Assembly: GCA_963843335.1 (NCBI GenBank)
Contig: CAWJKF010000003.1
Location: 18,207 to 82,206, forward strand
DNA: 64,000 bases
Direction: 5' to 3'
Source: an uncultured Chloroflexia bacterium
Lineage (GTDB): Bacteria; Chloroflexota; Limnocylindria; Limnocylindrales; CSP1-4
Below are positions 29,251-39,052 of the stretch, one piece after another. Within the stretch, counting starts at the first letter, position 1, and each line of letters starts with the position of its first letter. Both the position numbers and the translations under genes were made by a program. The notes under the pieces are model-generated. The model saw only the letters and a program-made list of their open reading frames with translations. It searched no databases and had not been told where the DNA came from.

Positions 29251-30528
29251 ATGAGTCTACGCCGCACATCCGCATCGGAACCCTGGAACGCCTCGAGGGT
29301 GCATGCTCTCAGCGTGCGCCCCCGCTCGCCCTTCCGTGGCCTGTCGATCCTGCCGCTCACGGCCGTGCTGGGGGTGTCGTTCGGGATGTTCGGTGCTGTC
29401 GCGACCGGAGCCGGTCCGACGCCGAGCGGGGCGACCACGACGTCCCTGCCCGAGCTACCGCCGGCCGACCTCTACGCTGCCGGCGGACCGGTCGCCGCCG
29501 GGCCAGCGGGGTCCATCCTGGCCCAGGTGGAGCTGCGCGCGCCACAGGGCGCCCGCAAGTGGGCCGTCATCTACCGCTCGACGAGCTACGACGGGTCTCC
29601 CATCGGCGTCTCGGGACTCATCATCGCGCCCGCGCGACCACTGCCGCCAGGGGCACCGCCCCGGACGGTCCTCTCCGTGGCACACGCGACCGTCGGTATC
29701 GCCGATGGCTGTGCACCCTCGCGGTCGCCATCCGATGGGTTGGTGACCACGGCCATGCCACTCCTGGACCAAGGCTATGTGCTGGCGGTGACCGACTACG
29801 AGGGTCTTGGGACTCCTGGTCCGCATCCCTACATCGTGGGCGCGAGCGAGGGCCGCTCGGTGCTCGACGCGGCACTGGCGGCGGCCGCCATCCCCGAGAC
29901 GGGCGCGGGTTCCCGGACCGTCCTCCTCGGTGGCTCGCAGGGCGGCCACGCCGTCCTGTGGGCGGCTGACCTCGCGGCGTCCGCGGCGCCGTCACTCGAT
30001 GTGCTGGGTGCCGTCGCATTCGCACCCGCCGGCGATCTGGAAGCCATCGCGCGCGACGGCCGCTCCGCATCGGCGGGCACGGATGCCTGGGCGAGCGCCG
30101 TCATGCTCGTGACCGCCTGGCACGCGGTGTACGGCCTGCCGCTCGACGTGCTGACCCCGACCGCTGTCGCGCTCGTGCCGCGGCTGGAGGGCGCGTGCCA
30201 CCTCCAGCTGGACCACGACCCGATGCGGCTCGACCTGGCCGACCAGCCCGAATGGCTGGCGCGCCTGCGGGAGAACACGCCGGGGGCAAGTCACACGGCC
30301 GTGCCGGTGCTCATCTTCCAGGGTGACGCCGACCGGGTGGTGCCCATCGAGAGCACCCGGGCACTCGTCGCGAGGATGTGCGCCGTGGGGGACACGGTCG
30401 ACCTCCGGGTGCTGCCGGGTGCGGACCACCGGGGGTCGCTGAACCCGGCATCCCTGCTGGCGGCGGTCGGCTGGGTCACGGACCGGCTGGCCGGTACGCG
30501 GGCCGCCTCGACCTGCCCGTCCGCCTGA
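29251..30528 (+). CDS. secretory lipase (LIP family, alpha/beta hydrolase)
   Basis: Signal peptide. GGSQGGHA nucleophile elbow. Overall LIP-family length and pattern. Confidence 0.7.
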   Translation: MSLRRTSASEPWNASRVHALSVRPRSPFRGLSILPLTAVLGVSFGMFGAVATGAGPTPSGATTTSLPELPPADLYAAGGPVAAGPAGSILAQVELRAPQGARKWAVIYRSTSYDGSPIGVSGLIIAPARPLPPGAPPRTVLSVAHATVGIADGCAPSRSPSDGLVTTAMPLLDQGYVLAVTDYEGLGTPGPHPYIVGASEGRSVLDAALAAAAIPETGAGSRTVLLGGSQGGHAVLWAADLAASAAPSLDVLGAVAFAPAGDLEAIARDGRSASAGTDAWASAVMLVTAWHAVYGLPLDVLTPTAVALVPRLEGACHLQLDHDPMRLDLADQPEWLARLRENTPGASHTAVPVLIFQGDADRVVPIESTRALVARMCAVGDTVDLRVLPGADHRGSLNPASLLAAVGWVTDRLAGTRAASTCPSA

Positions 30529-30617
30529 CCGGTCTTGCGGCGGAACGGCCGTCGCTTGACGATCGACGCTCCCCGGCGGCAGCCTTGGAGCCGCCAAGCC
30601 CGCGCCACGGAGCCCCG

Positions 30618-31067
30618 ATGCGATTCACGACGACCCTGCTCCAGAGCAACGGCAATGCGACCGGCATCGTCGTGCCGCCCGAGGTGGTCGAGTCGCTGGG
30701 TGCCGGCAAGCGCCCGCCCGTGTCCGTGACCCTCAATGGCTACACCTACCGCAACACCATCGCGGTCATGGGCGGCGAGTACATGGTCGGGGTGAGCGCG
30801 GCGCACCGGGCGGCTGCTGGCGTCACCGGTGGCCAGACGCTGGATGTCGACATCGAGCTGGACACGGCGCCCCGCGTCGTGACCGTACCCGCTGACCTCG
30901 CTGCAGCCCTGGACGCGGAACCGGATGCCCGGCGGACCTTCGACGCGCTGTCATACAGCAACCAGTCATGGCATGTGCTCCAGGTCGAGGATGCCAAGAC
31001 GGCCGAGACGCGCCAGCGGCGCATCGCGAAGTCGGTGGAGATGCTCCGACAGGGCAGGGCACGATAA
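30618..31067 (+). CDS. YdeI/OmpD-associated family protein (DUF1905 plus a DUF1801-like tail)
   Basis: Start MRFTTTLLQSNGNATGIVVP... VSVTLNGYTYRNTIAVMGGEYMVGVS. Confidence 0.6.
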   Translation: MRFTTTLLQSNGNATGIVVPPEVVESLGAGKRPPVSVTLNGYTYRNTIAVMGGEYMVGVSAAHRAAAGVTGGQTLDVDIELDTAPRVVTVPADLAAALDAEPDARRTFDALSYSNQSWHVLQVEDAKTAETRQRRIAKSVEMLRQGRAR

Positions 31068-32077
31068 CCTCGGGCCGGCAGCGGAGCCCTGCCCGGCGTC
31101 GACCCGCTGCGCCGACCAACGTCGTCCTCGGTGCGGGCGCCATCGGGACCACCATCGCGCAGCAGCTCGCCAACAGTGGCGCGACCGTCCGGGTCGTGAC
31201 ACGGTCCGGCCAGGAGCTCGGGATCCCCCGCGTGACCTCGGTCGTCGGCGATGCCACGCAACCGGACCGGGTGCGGGCATTGACCGCGGGCGCGCACACC
31301 GTCTACTTCGCGGCCCAGCCTCCCTATACCGAGTGGTCGGAGGGCTTTCCGCCGCTCATCGAGGGGCTCCTCGCCGGCTTGCGAGGCTCGGGTGTCCGCC
31401 TGGCCGTCGCTGACAACCTGTATGCCTACGGCGACACCCACGGCCAGCCCATCCACGAGGCCCTGCCGCTCAGCGCGACGACCCGCAAGGGAGTGGTACG
31501 GGCCTGGGTGGCGGAGCGGCTGATGGCGGCCCACGCCGCCGGTGACGTCGAGGTCACCATCATCCGCGGCTCGGACTACTTCGGTCCGGACGGCTTCGAC
31601 TCCCTGCTCGGCGACCGGTTCTTCGGGCCCATCCTGGCCGGCCGGAAGGTACGCCTGCTGGGCGACCCCGACGCTCCGCACACGGTCACGTACATCGCCG
31701 ACTTCGCGCGGACGCTCATCGAGCTGAGCGGTCGCGACGAGGCATACGGCCACGCGTGGCATGTCCCGTCCGCGCCGGCGGTGTCGTTCCGGCGGCTCGC
31801 CGAGCTCGCAGCCGAGGTCTCCGGGTCCCCGCCGGTGCTGGTGAGCCGCGTCTCGCGCATCGGGCTCAGGCTCGTGGGCGCGTTCTCGCCACCGGTTCGC
31901 GAGATGGTCGAGATGCTCTACGAGTTCGAGCAGCCGTTCATCGTCGACGACAGCCGTGTCCGTCTGGCATTCGGCCTCACGGAGACCCCGCTGGAGCACG
32001 CGTTGCGTCTCACGGCCGAGTGGTGGCGCGGAGAGCTCGCTGCCGCGGCCGTTGCCTCCGGCAAGCAGCCGCGCTGA
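30968..32077 (+). CDS. NAD-dependent epimerase/dehydratase family protein (start uncertain; only in-frame ATG overlaps the upstream gene by 100 bp)
   Basis: Rossmann VVLGAGAIGTTIAQQLANSGATV begins near 31118. No alternative start codon lies between 31067 and the motif. Confidence 0.6.
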   Translation: MACAPGRGCQDGRDAPAAHREVGGDAPTGQGTITSGRQRSPARRRPAAPTNVVLGAGAIGTTIAQQLANSGATVRVVTRSGQELGIPRVTSVVGDATQPDRVRALTAGAHTVYFAAQPPYTEWSEGFPPLIEGLLAGLRGSGVRLAVADNLYAYGDTHGQPIHEALPLSATTRKGVVRAWVAERLMAAHAAGDVEVTIIRGSDYFGPDGFDSLLGDRFFGPILAGRKVRLLGDPDAPHTVTYIADFARTLIELSGRDEAYGHAWHVPSAPAVSFRRLAELAAEVSGSPPVLVSRVSRIGLRLVGAFSPPVREMVEMLYEFEQPFIVDDSRVRLAFGLTETPLEHALRLTAEWWRGELAAAAVASGKQPR

Positions 32078-32186
32078 GGGCAGAGCGCGGCGCCCGGCGC
32101 GGCCGCGCATCGTCTGTCCTCGGCTCTGGGTATAGTGTGCGCAGCTCGCTAGCCCATCGATCGATCGCCGTACGGAGAGGACGACC

Positions 32187-33039
32187 GTGACATCAAGCAT
32201 CGCACCGCGGCCCAGGGGCCGACCCGCCAGTCGCCCATCCTGACGCACCACAGCAACGCGTACAACATCTTCATCCTGGTCCTGACGATCCTGTCACTGG
32301 TCGTCATGGTGGCCATGATCCTGCCCCTGGACGACGCGACGCATCAGATCCTGCAGGTGTACGACAACCTCATCTGCGTCGTGTTCCTCATCGACTTCAC
32401 GCGTGAACATCACCAGGGCGCAGCCCGAAGCAGGCGTACTGGATCGATCAGCGTGGCTGGCTGGACCTGCTGGGTCCATCCCCAGCTTCGGTGGTGCATT
32501 CCGCTTCGCTGCCCTGTTCCGGCTCGCCCGCCTGAGCCGTCTGGGCCGCATCGGCCGACTGCTCAGCGGCAAGAACAAGAAGGAGCTCATCAAGGACGTC
32601 GTCGAGAACCGCGGCCAGTACGCGATCTTCATCACGCTCCTGCTGATGCTCATCGTGCTGACGACCTCGAGCGTGCTCATCCTCCAGTTCGAGAGCCGCG
32701 ACCCGGAAGCCAACATCAAGACCGGCGGTGACGCCCTCTGGTGGGCGATCGTGACCATCACCACCGTCGGATACGGCGACTTCTATCCGGTGACGGCGCT
32801 CGGGCAGGTCGGTCGGTGTCGTGGTCATGTTCTCCGGCGTGGGCATCATCGGCGCCCTGGCCAGCATCCTGGCCAGCATCCTGGTGCCGTCCCCCAAGGA
32901 GCCTGAGACGCCCGCGGTGGACCCGATGACCGCCATGGAGTCCGAGCTGGCTGGTGTTCGGGCGGAGCTGGTCGCCCTCCGCGAGATGCTCGCCGCTGAC
33001 GGGCCGGCCAGGGGCGACCCATCGACGGCCCCTGGCTGA
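32187..33039 (+). pseudogene. voltage-gated (KvAP-like, 6TM) potassium channel disrupted by at least four single-base frameshifts
   Basis: Across three frames: S1-S3 (NAYNIFILVLTILSLVVMVAMILPLDDATHQILQVYDNLICVVFLIDF), S4 (FRFAALFRLARLSRLGRIGRLL), pore (WWAIVTITTVGYGDFYP), S6 (VVMFSGVGIIGALASILASILV). GTG start with GGAGAGGA Shine-Dalgarno at ~32187. Confidence 0.6.
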
Positions 33040-33100
33040 GTCCGCGATCACGCAACGCGCTCGTCATCGTGCTGTCACACACGCGGCGTAGCCTCCGGGC

Positions 33101-33517
33101 ATGTCAGACACCAGGATCACGTATCTCACCGACAAGACCGACGACGAGTGGCGGGCGGCGCTGTCGCCCGGAGCAGTACAAGGTGCTGCGCCAGAAGGGC
33201 ACCGAGCGCGCCGTTCTCGCGGCGCGCTCTGGGACGAGCACCGCCCCGGGATCTATCGCTGTGCGGGATGCGGCAGCGAGCTGTTCGAGTCCACGACCAA
33301 GTTCGAGTCCGGCACCGGCTGGCCGAGCTTCTTCGCTCCCGCCAACCCGGGCGCGGTCGCCAACCACACCGACCGGTCATTCTTCATGACCCGGACCGAG
33401 GTCACCTGCGCCACCTGTGGTGGCCACCTGGGGCACGTGTTCGAGGACGGTCCTCGGCCGACCGGACTGCGCTACTGCATCAACTCCGCGGCCCTGGAGC
33501 TGGACCCTGCCGACTGA
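33101..33517 (+). CDS. msrB: peptide-methionine (R)-S-oxide reductase MsrB, with two compensating indels garbling the conserved N-terminal motif
   Basis: RYCINSAAL, CATCGGHLGHVFEDGP, CAGCGSELF present. Conserved PEQYKVLRQKGTERA appears in a different frame (ORF 33069..33389) between ~33160 and ~33215. Confidence 0.7.
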   Translation: MSDTRITYLTDKTDDEWRAALSPGAVQGAAPEGHRARRSRGALWDEHRPGIYRCAGCGSELFESTTKFESGTGWPSFFAPANPGAVANHTDRSFFMTRTEVTCATCGGHLGHVFEDGPRPTGLRYCINSAALELDPAD

Positions 33518-33530
33518 CCATCGCGTAGGG

Positions 33531-34989
33531 TCAGGATCGCGGGGCGGTCCCGTCCTGCCCCGGGCTCGCCGCACGGCGTGCCAGGACCCGCACAGTGCCG
33601 CGGAAGATCAGCGCGTGGACGGGATACAGCAGGTACCAGTAGGCCAGGCCGCCGAGCCCGCGTGGCTCGAAGAACGCGGTCTGGACCACGCTGCTGCCCG
33701 CGCCGCTGGGCACCATCTCGTACTGCAGCCACGCCCGACCGGGCACCTTCATCTCCGCCCGGAGCCGGAGCAGCTCCGGCCGCCGGAGCTCCTCCACGCG
33801 CCAGAAGTCGAGCGCGTCGCCCTCCCGTAGACTGACCGGATCGCGCCGACCCAGGCGCATGCCCACTCCGCCGACGATACGGTCGGCCAGGCCCCGGGCG
33901 CGCCACAGCACGGTTGGCATATGGCCAGCCGGTCCGACCCCCGAGGCGTTCCACCTCGGCGAAGACGCGCTCCGGTGACGCATCGACCGTCTGGACACGA
34001 CGCTCGACGATCATCCCCTCGCGTGATCCCTCCAGCGCCAGCCGCTGCCGTCCCGGTGCCGAGCGGGCGTCGAACCAGGTGGTCTCGACCGCGTGACGGT
34101 CGGTCCGGTCGATGGCCAGCTGGAGCGCCTCGGCGTATGGCAGCGGCCGGACCGCGAACCTCGAGGCCGGCCCCGGGTCGCGCACCACGACCTCGTTGCG
34201 CAGGCCCTCGATGAGCGGTCGCGCGATACCCGACGGGATGGGGCTGATGAGACCCACCCAATACGAGCTCAGGCGCGGCGTCAGGACGGGCACTGGGATC
34301 ATCAGCCGCCGCAGCCCGCGCTGGCGGGCGTACGTCAGCATCATGTCGCCGTACGAGAGGACGTCGGGACCGCCGATCTCGACGATGCCCGCGATCGTCG
34401 GGGTCGGTCGAGCGCCGCGCACAGGTAGTCCAGGACGTCCCGGATGCCGATGGGTTGGCAACGCGTCTTGACCCAGCGGGGTGTGATCATCACCGGCAGC
34501 CGCTCCGTGAGCTGACGGAGCATCTCGAACGAGGCGCTGCCCGACCCGATGACGATCGCTGCCCGGAACTCCGTCACTGGCACGCCGTGTGCCGCCAGCT
34601 CGGCGCCAACGGCATGCCGGCTGGCCAGGTGGTGCGACAGGTCGGTGGCGTCGTCGCCCAGACCACCGAGGTAGATGATGCGACCCACACCGGCCGCCGC
34701 CGCAGCCGCGCGCGAAGTCGCGTGCGGCCCGCAGGTCCCGCTCGGCGAAGCCCGCCTCACCGGCCGCCATGGAGTGCGCCAGGTAGTAGGCCACATCGAT
34801 GCCTGCGACCGCAGCCGCCAGGCTGGTCGGGTCCAGGAGGTCGGCCCTGACGGTGCGCGTCCCCGGGAACCGCTCGGAGAGCCGGGCCGGTTCGCGGCCC
34901 GCCAGCGTCAGCGCGTGGCCTCGCTGCGACAACAGCGGGACGAGTCGTCCACCGATGTACCCACTCGCACCGATGATGAGGATGCGCAT
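33531..34989 (-). pseudogene. NAD(P)H-binding SDR-like domain fused to DUF2867, interrupted by at least three frameshifts
   Basis: MRILIIGASGYIGGRLVPLL (frame a) -> GVGRIIYLGGLGD...IVIGSGSASFEMLRQLTERLPVMITPRW (frame b) -> GGPDVLSYGDMMLTYARQRGL...PVLTPRLSSYWVGLISPIPSGIARPLIEGL (frame a) -> DUF2867 block DALDFWRVEELRRPELLRLRAEMKVPGRAWL (frame c). Confidence 0.6.
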
Positions 34990-35083
34990 CGCCCGAGTAT
35001 GCGCTCCCGGCCCAGGGACCCAGCGACGTGCATCCGGCGTCATGTGAGGCGAAGATAGCCACCTCAACGGAGGGTCACGGCTG

Positions 35084-35782
35084 GTGCCCAGACCGTCACG
35101 TTCCCGATATCGCCGGACGTCGCCGTGGCAGGACCCGCGGTTGCTGGACCGGCAGGGCGACCTGCGGGGCGCGTCAGCGTTCCTGCTGGTGCTGTTGATG
35201 GTGGGCGGCGTCGCCCTCCTGGGTGGGGCGCTGGTGGGTGTCGGTCGGCTGGTGCCGACCCCCCTGCCAACGCCCGTGCCGACGTCCGCTCCGGTGCTGA
35301 CCCCGACCCCAGCACCGCCGTCTGCCGCGCCATCAGTGCTGCCGTCGCCCACGGACGAGCCGGCGGCGTCCGGCGCGCCTGCGCCTGATCCGCTCTGGGT
35401 GGCGGCCGGCGACCCGGCGCCCATCACCGAGCGAGGCCGGCAGGTCGGCAGCGTGACCGTGGTCTCCTCCGGCTATCGTTCGCGCATCGCCGGCCAGGAC
35501 CCGCCCTCGGGACGCCGCTGGCTGCGCGTCTCCCTGCGGTACCAGGCGACGGTCGCCACCCCCTACGAGGCCGGGCGTTGGTCCGCACTGGACGCGGACG
35601 GGCAGCGGTATCCGTGGCTGGGCTCCAGGGCCACGGATCCGGCGCTGGGAGCCGGCACACTCGATCCGGGCGCCACGCGGACGGGCTATGTCGTGTTCGC
35701 CGTGCCGACGCGGGTCGCCATCGTCTCCCTCGTGCTCCAGGACGCTGAGGGCCACGACATCATCATCGCGGCGCTCCGCTGA
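35084..35782 (+). CDS. membrane-anchored DUF4352-like protein
   Basis: TM helix LLVLLMVGGVALLGGALVGV. Pro/Thr linker. C-terminal domain with GYVVFAVP motif. Confidence 0.55.
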   Translation: MPRPSRSRYRRTSPWQDPRLLDRQGDLRGASAFLLVLLMVGGVALLGGALVGVGRLVPTPLPTPVPTSAPVLTPTPAPPSAAPSVLPSPTDEPAASGAPAPDPLWVAAGDPAPITERGRQVGSVTVVSSGYRSRIAGQDPPSGRRWLRVSLRYQATVATPYEAGRWSALDADGQRYPWLGSRATDPALGAGTLDPGATRTGYVVFAVPTRVAIVSLVLQDAEGHDIIIAALR

Positions 35783-35828
35783 ACGACGGGTGGGCCGGCG
35801 GGCTCGCCGCGCCGACTATCCTGCTGCC

Positions 35829-37787
35829 ATGAGCATCCCCCAGTCGCGTCCCTATGGCTCATGGCCATCACCCATCACCCTCGACCTCGTGCTGGCGGGC
35901 GGCCGCGGCCTGGCCGAGCCCTGGCTCGACCGTGGTGATGTCTACCTGCTCGAGGGGCGGCCCGAGGAGGGCGGCCGGATGGTCCTGTTGCGGATCGGCG
36001 CCGACGGCACCGTCACGGAACTCAACCCGGCGCCCTCGAACGTGCGCACCCGGGTCCACGAATACGGCGGTGGTGCCTGGACGGTGCTCGATGGTCTGAT
36101 CATGCACAGCGAGTTCGCGGATGGCCACCTGGTGCGCATCGATCCGGGTGCGGCGCCCCGGCCGTTGACGACCGAGCCAGGGCTGCGCTTCGCCGACCTG
36201 CGCATCGACGCACCGCGAGGCCGGCTCCTCGCCGTGCTCGAGGACCATCGGACGGACGACCTCGAGCCGACGAACAGCATCGTGGCGGTGTCCCTGGATG
36301 ACGGCAATGTGATGCCCCTCGTGGATGGCCACGACTTCTTCAGCCATCCCCGCGTGTCACCCGATGGCACCACGCTGAGCTGGTTGACGTGGGATCGCCC
36401 GAACATGCCCTGGGACGGCAGCGAGCTGTGGGTCGGCACCATCGATCCGGACGGGTCGGTGGCAACCTCCGACCTGGTCGCGGGAGGCTCGACCGAGTCC
36501 ATCGCCAGCCCTGCGTGGGCACCCGATGGCAGCCTCGTGTTCGCGTCCGACCGGACCGGTTGGTGGAACCTCTACCGGTGGCGTCCGGGGACGCCCGGCA
36601 TCGAGGCCATCGCACCGATGGACGCCGAGTTCGCCGATCCCCAGTGGGTGTTCGGGCAACGTCTGTTCGGGTTCGATGACGAGGGCCAGGTCATCGCCAT
36701 CGCACGCTCGCGTGGCCGCGACGAGCTGCTGGTGCTGGCCCCTGGTGAGGCGCCACGTCGGCTGGCCATCGACGCGACCGACCTGCACGGCCTGTCCGTG
36801 TCCGGCAGCACCGCGGTCATGGTGGCATCCGGACCCACCCGCCCCAGCGCCGTCGTGCGCGTCGACCTGGCCACCGGTGCGCTCGAGCGGATCCGGGAGT
36901 CGAGCACGCTCGCGATCCATGCCGCCTACCTGTCGCAACCCCGGTTCGTGGAGTTCCCCACCGCGGGTGACCGCACCGCATTCGCGTTCCACTACCCGCC
37001 GACCAACCCGGACGCGGTCGCTCCCGATGGGGAGCTGCCGCCGCTGCTGGTCATCTCGCACGGCGGTCCGACATCGAACACCGACCAGCGGCTGAGCCTC
37101 GACGTCCAGTTCTTCACCAGCCGCGGCTTCGCCGTGGTGGACGTCGACTACGGTGGCAGCAGCGGATATGGTCGGGCGTACCGTGATCGCCTCCGCGACA
37201 GCTGGGGCATCGTCGACCTTGATGACTGCACGATCGCCGCGACCTGGCTCGCCGGTCAGGGCCTGGCCGACCCGGCTCGGCTGGCCATCCGGGGCGGCAG
37301 TGCCGGCGGCTACACCACGCTCTGCGCGCTGACGTTCCGGGAGGCGTTCGCGGCGGGCGTCAGCTACTTCGGGGTGGGCGATCTCGCGGCGCTCGCCCGT
37401 GACACCCACAAGTTCGAGTCACGCTACCTCGACCTTCTGGTCGCCCCCTGGCCCGATGGTGTGGCGGTCTATGACCAGCGGTCACCCATCCATTCCGCGG
37501 ACCGGATCCGGACGCCCATCCTTGTGCTCCAGGGCGCCGACGACAGGGTGGTGCCACAGGCGCAGGCGGACGAGCTGGTCGCGGCCCTTGCCCGCAACGG
37601 GGTGCCCTACGGCTACATCCTGTTCCAGGGTGAGGGTCACGGCTTCCGGCGCGCCGAGAACCGTCGCCGCTCCCTGGAGGCGGAGCTGTCCTTCTACGCC
37701 CAGGTGCTGGGGTTCACGCCCGCGGACGACCTGGAACCTGTCGAGGTGGTGGGCCTCGCGGAACGGGGACGGCCAGATCCGGCATGA
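35829..37787 (+). CDS. S9-family serine peptidase (prolyl oligopeptidase / acylaminoacyl-peptidase type) with N-terminal beta-propeller
   Basis: Start MSIPQSRPYGSWPSP. Catalytic GGSAGGYTT (Ser), D in QGADDRVVP, H in GEGHGF. Confidence 0.8.
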   Translation: MSIPQSRPYGSWPSPITLDLVLAGGRGLAEPWLDRGDVYLLEGRPEEGGRMVLLRIGADGTVTELNPAPSNVRTRVHEYGGGAWTVLDGLIMHSEFADGHLVRIDPGAAPRPLTTEPGLRFADLRIDAPRGRLLAVLEDHRTDDLEPTNSIVAVSLDDGNVMPLVDGHDFFSHPRVSPDGTTLSWLTWDRPNMPWDGSELWVGTIDPDGSVATSDLVAGGSTESIASPAWAPDGSLVFASDRTGWWNLYRWRPGTPGIEAIAPMDAEFADPQWVFGQRLFGFDDEGQVIAIARSRGRDELLVLAPGEAPRRLAIDATDLHGLSVSGSTAVMVASGPTRPSAVVRVDLATGALERIRESSTLAIHAAYLSQPRFVEFPTAGDRTAFAFHYPPTNPDAVAPDGELPPLLVISHGGPTSNTDQRLSLDVQFFTSRGFAVVDVDYGGSSGYGRAYRDRLRDSWGIVDLDDCTIAATWLAGQGLADPARLAIRGGSAGGYTTLCALTFREAFAAGVSYFGVGDLAALARDTHKFESRYLDLLVAPWPDGVAVYDQRSPIHSADRIRTPILVLQGADDRVVPQAQADELVAALARNGVPYGYILFQGEGHGFRRAENRRRSLEAELSFYAQVLGFTPADDLEPVEVVGLAERGRPDPA

Positions 37788-37829
37788 TGCTGACCAAGGC
37801 TGACGGGTACATCCGCCATCCTGTCGGTC

Positions 37830-39020
37830 ATGCCCAGTCGACCTCTCGTCACGGACGCCCAGCGCCGCGCTCGCATCGGCCAACGGCATGCGATCGCACC
37901 CCGCTCGCGTGTCGCGTCGCTCGCCGATGCCGCGCGGTCGGTGGTCGCCATCCATGGCACGGACGTCTCGTCGATGTACCTCCAGGGTCGCGCCCGGCTG
38001 CGCCAGTCGTCGCCGATCGCGATCGGACAGGAGCTGTTCGAGACGCGCTCGGTGCTTCGGGTGCTCGCGATGCGCCGGACGCTGTTCCTGGTGCCCGTCG
38101 AGGAGGTGGCCACGCTCCACGCGGCGGCGTCCATCGCCATCGGCCGGCGGGAACGTGCCCGGACGCTGACGATGTTCGGGGTCGGCGACGATGGCCCTGA
38201 CACGGCGGCGATGTTCCAGGACCTGGAAGCCATCGGGCTCGCGGCGATCCGGGCGGCTGGGGAGGCATCGACCGCCGAGCTGACCGGCCTGGATGCACGC
38301 CTGGGCCAACGCATCGACGTCTCGCGGGGCACGTCGTACGCAGGCTCGATCAGCGTCTCCCAGAAGGTGTTCTTCCATCTGGCGCTTGACGGCCGCATCG
38401 GCCGCGGACGACCACGTGGCTCGTGGACCGGGTCACAGGTACGCTGGCGGCCCATCGAGGACTGGCTGCCGGAGGGCATCCGCCCGATGCCGACCGACGC
38501 GGCCCGGGCCCGGCTCGTCGGCCAGTGGCTGCGGGCCTTCGGTCCCGGCACTCGCGAGGATGTCCGCTGGTGGACCGGCTGGACGGTCGCCGAGGTTCGG
38601 ACCGCGCTGGCCGCCAACGATGCAGCCGAGGTAGAGCTCGAGGGTGGCCAGACCGGGTACCTGCTGCCCGACGACCTCGACCCGGTCGGCGTGCCCGAGC
38701 CATGGGTGGCGCTGCTGCCGTCGCTGGATGCCACCACCATGGGTTGGTCGGCGCGCGACTGGTACCTGGGGCCCTATAAGCCCGACCTGTTCGATCGCAA
38801 CGGCAATGCCGGTCCGACGGTCTGGGTGGATGGCCGGATCGTGGGCGGCTGGGCGCAGCGGCCGGACGGCGAGGTCGTCACACGACTCCTGGAGGACGTG
38901 GGGACCGAGGCATCCTCGGCCATCTCGGCGGAGGCAGCCGCAATCGAGTCGTGGCTGCATGGGGCGCGCATCCGGTACAGCTTCCCGACGCCCATGGACA
39001 TCGGCATCCGGATCGGCTGA
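37830..39020 (+). CDS. winged-helix DNA-binding domain protein (DUF1006 / AlkZ-YcaQ-like)
   Basis: Overall length and blocks shared with the AlkZ/YcaQ family (RSVLRVLAMRRTLFLVP, DVRWWTGW, NGNAGPTVWVDGRIVGGW). Confidence 0.65.
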   Translation: MPSRPLVTDAQRRARIGQRHAIAPRSRVASLADAARSVVAIHGTDVSSMYLQGRARLRQSSPIAIGQELFETRSVLRVLAMRRTLFLVPVEEVATLHAAASIAIGRRERARTLTMFGVGDDGPDTAAMFQDLEAIGLAAIRAAGEASTAELTGLDARLGQRIDVSRGTSYAGSISVSQKVFFHLALDGRIGRGRPRGSWTGSQVRWRPIEDWLPEGIRPMPTDAARARLVGQWLRAFGPGTREDVRWWTGWTVAEVRTALAANDAAEVELEGGQTGYLLPDDLDPVGVPEPWVALLPSLDATTMGWSARDWYLGPYKPDLFDRNGNAGPTVWVDGRIVGGWAQRPDGEVVTRLLEDVGTEASSAISAEAAAIESWLHGARIRYSFPTPMDIGIRIG

Positions 39021-39052
39021 GCGAACGGGACGGTGAACGACGTGGCCGTGCC

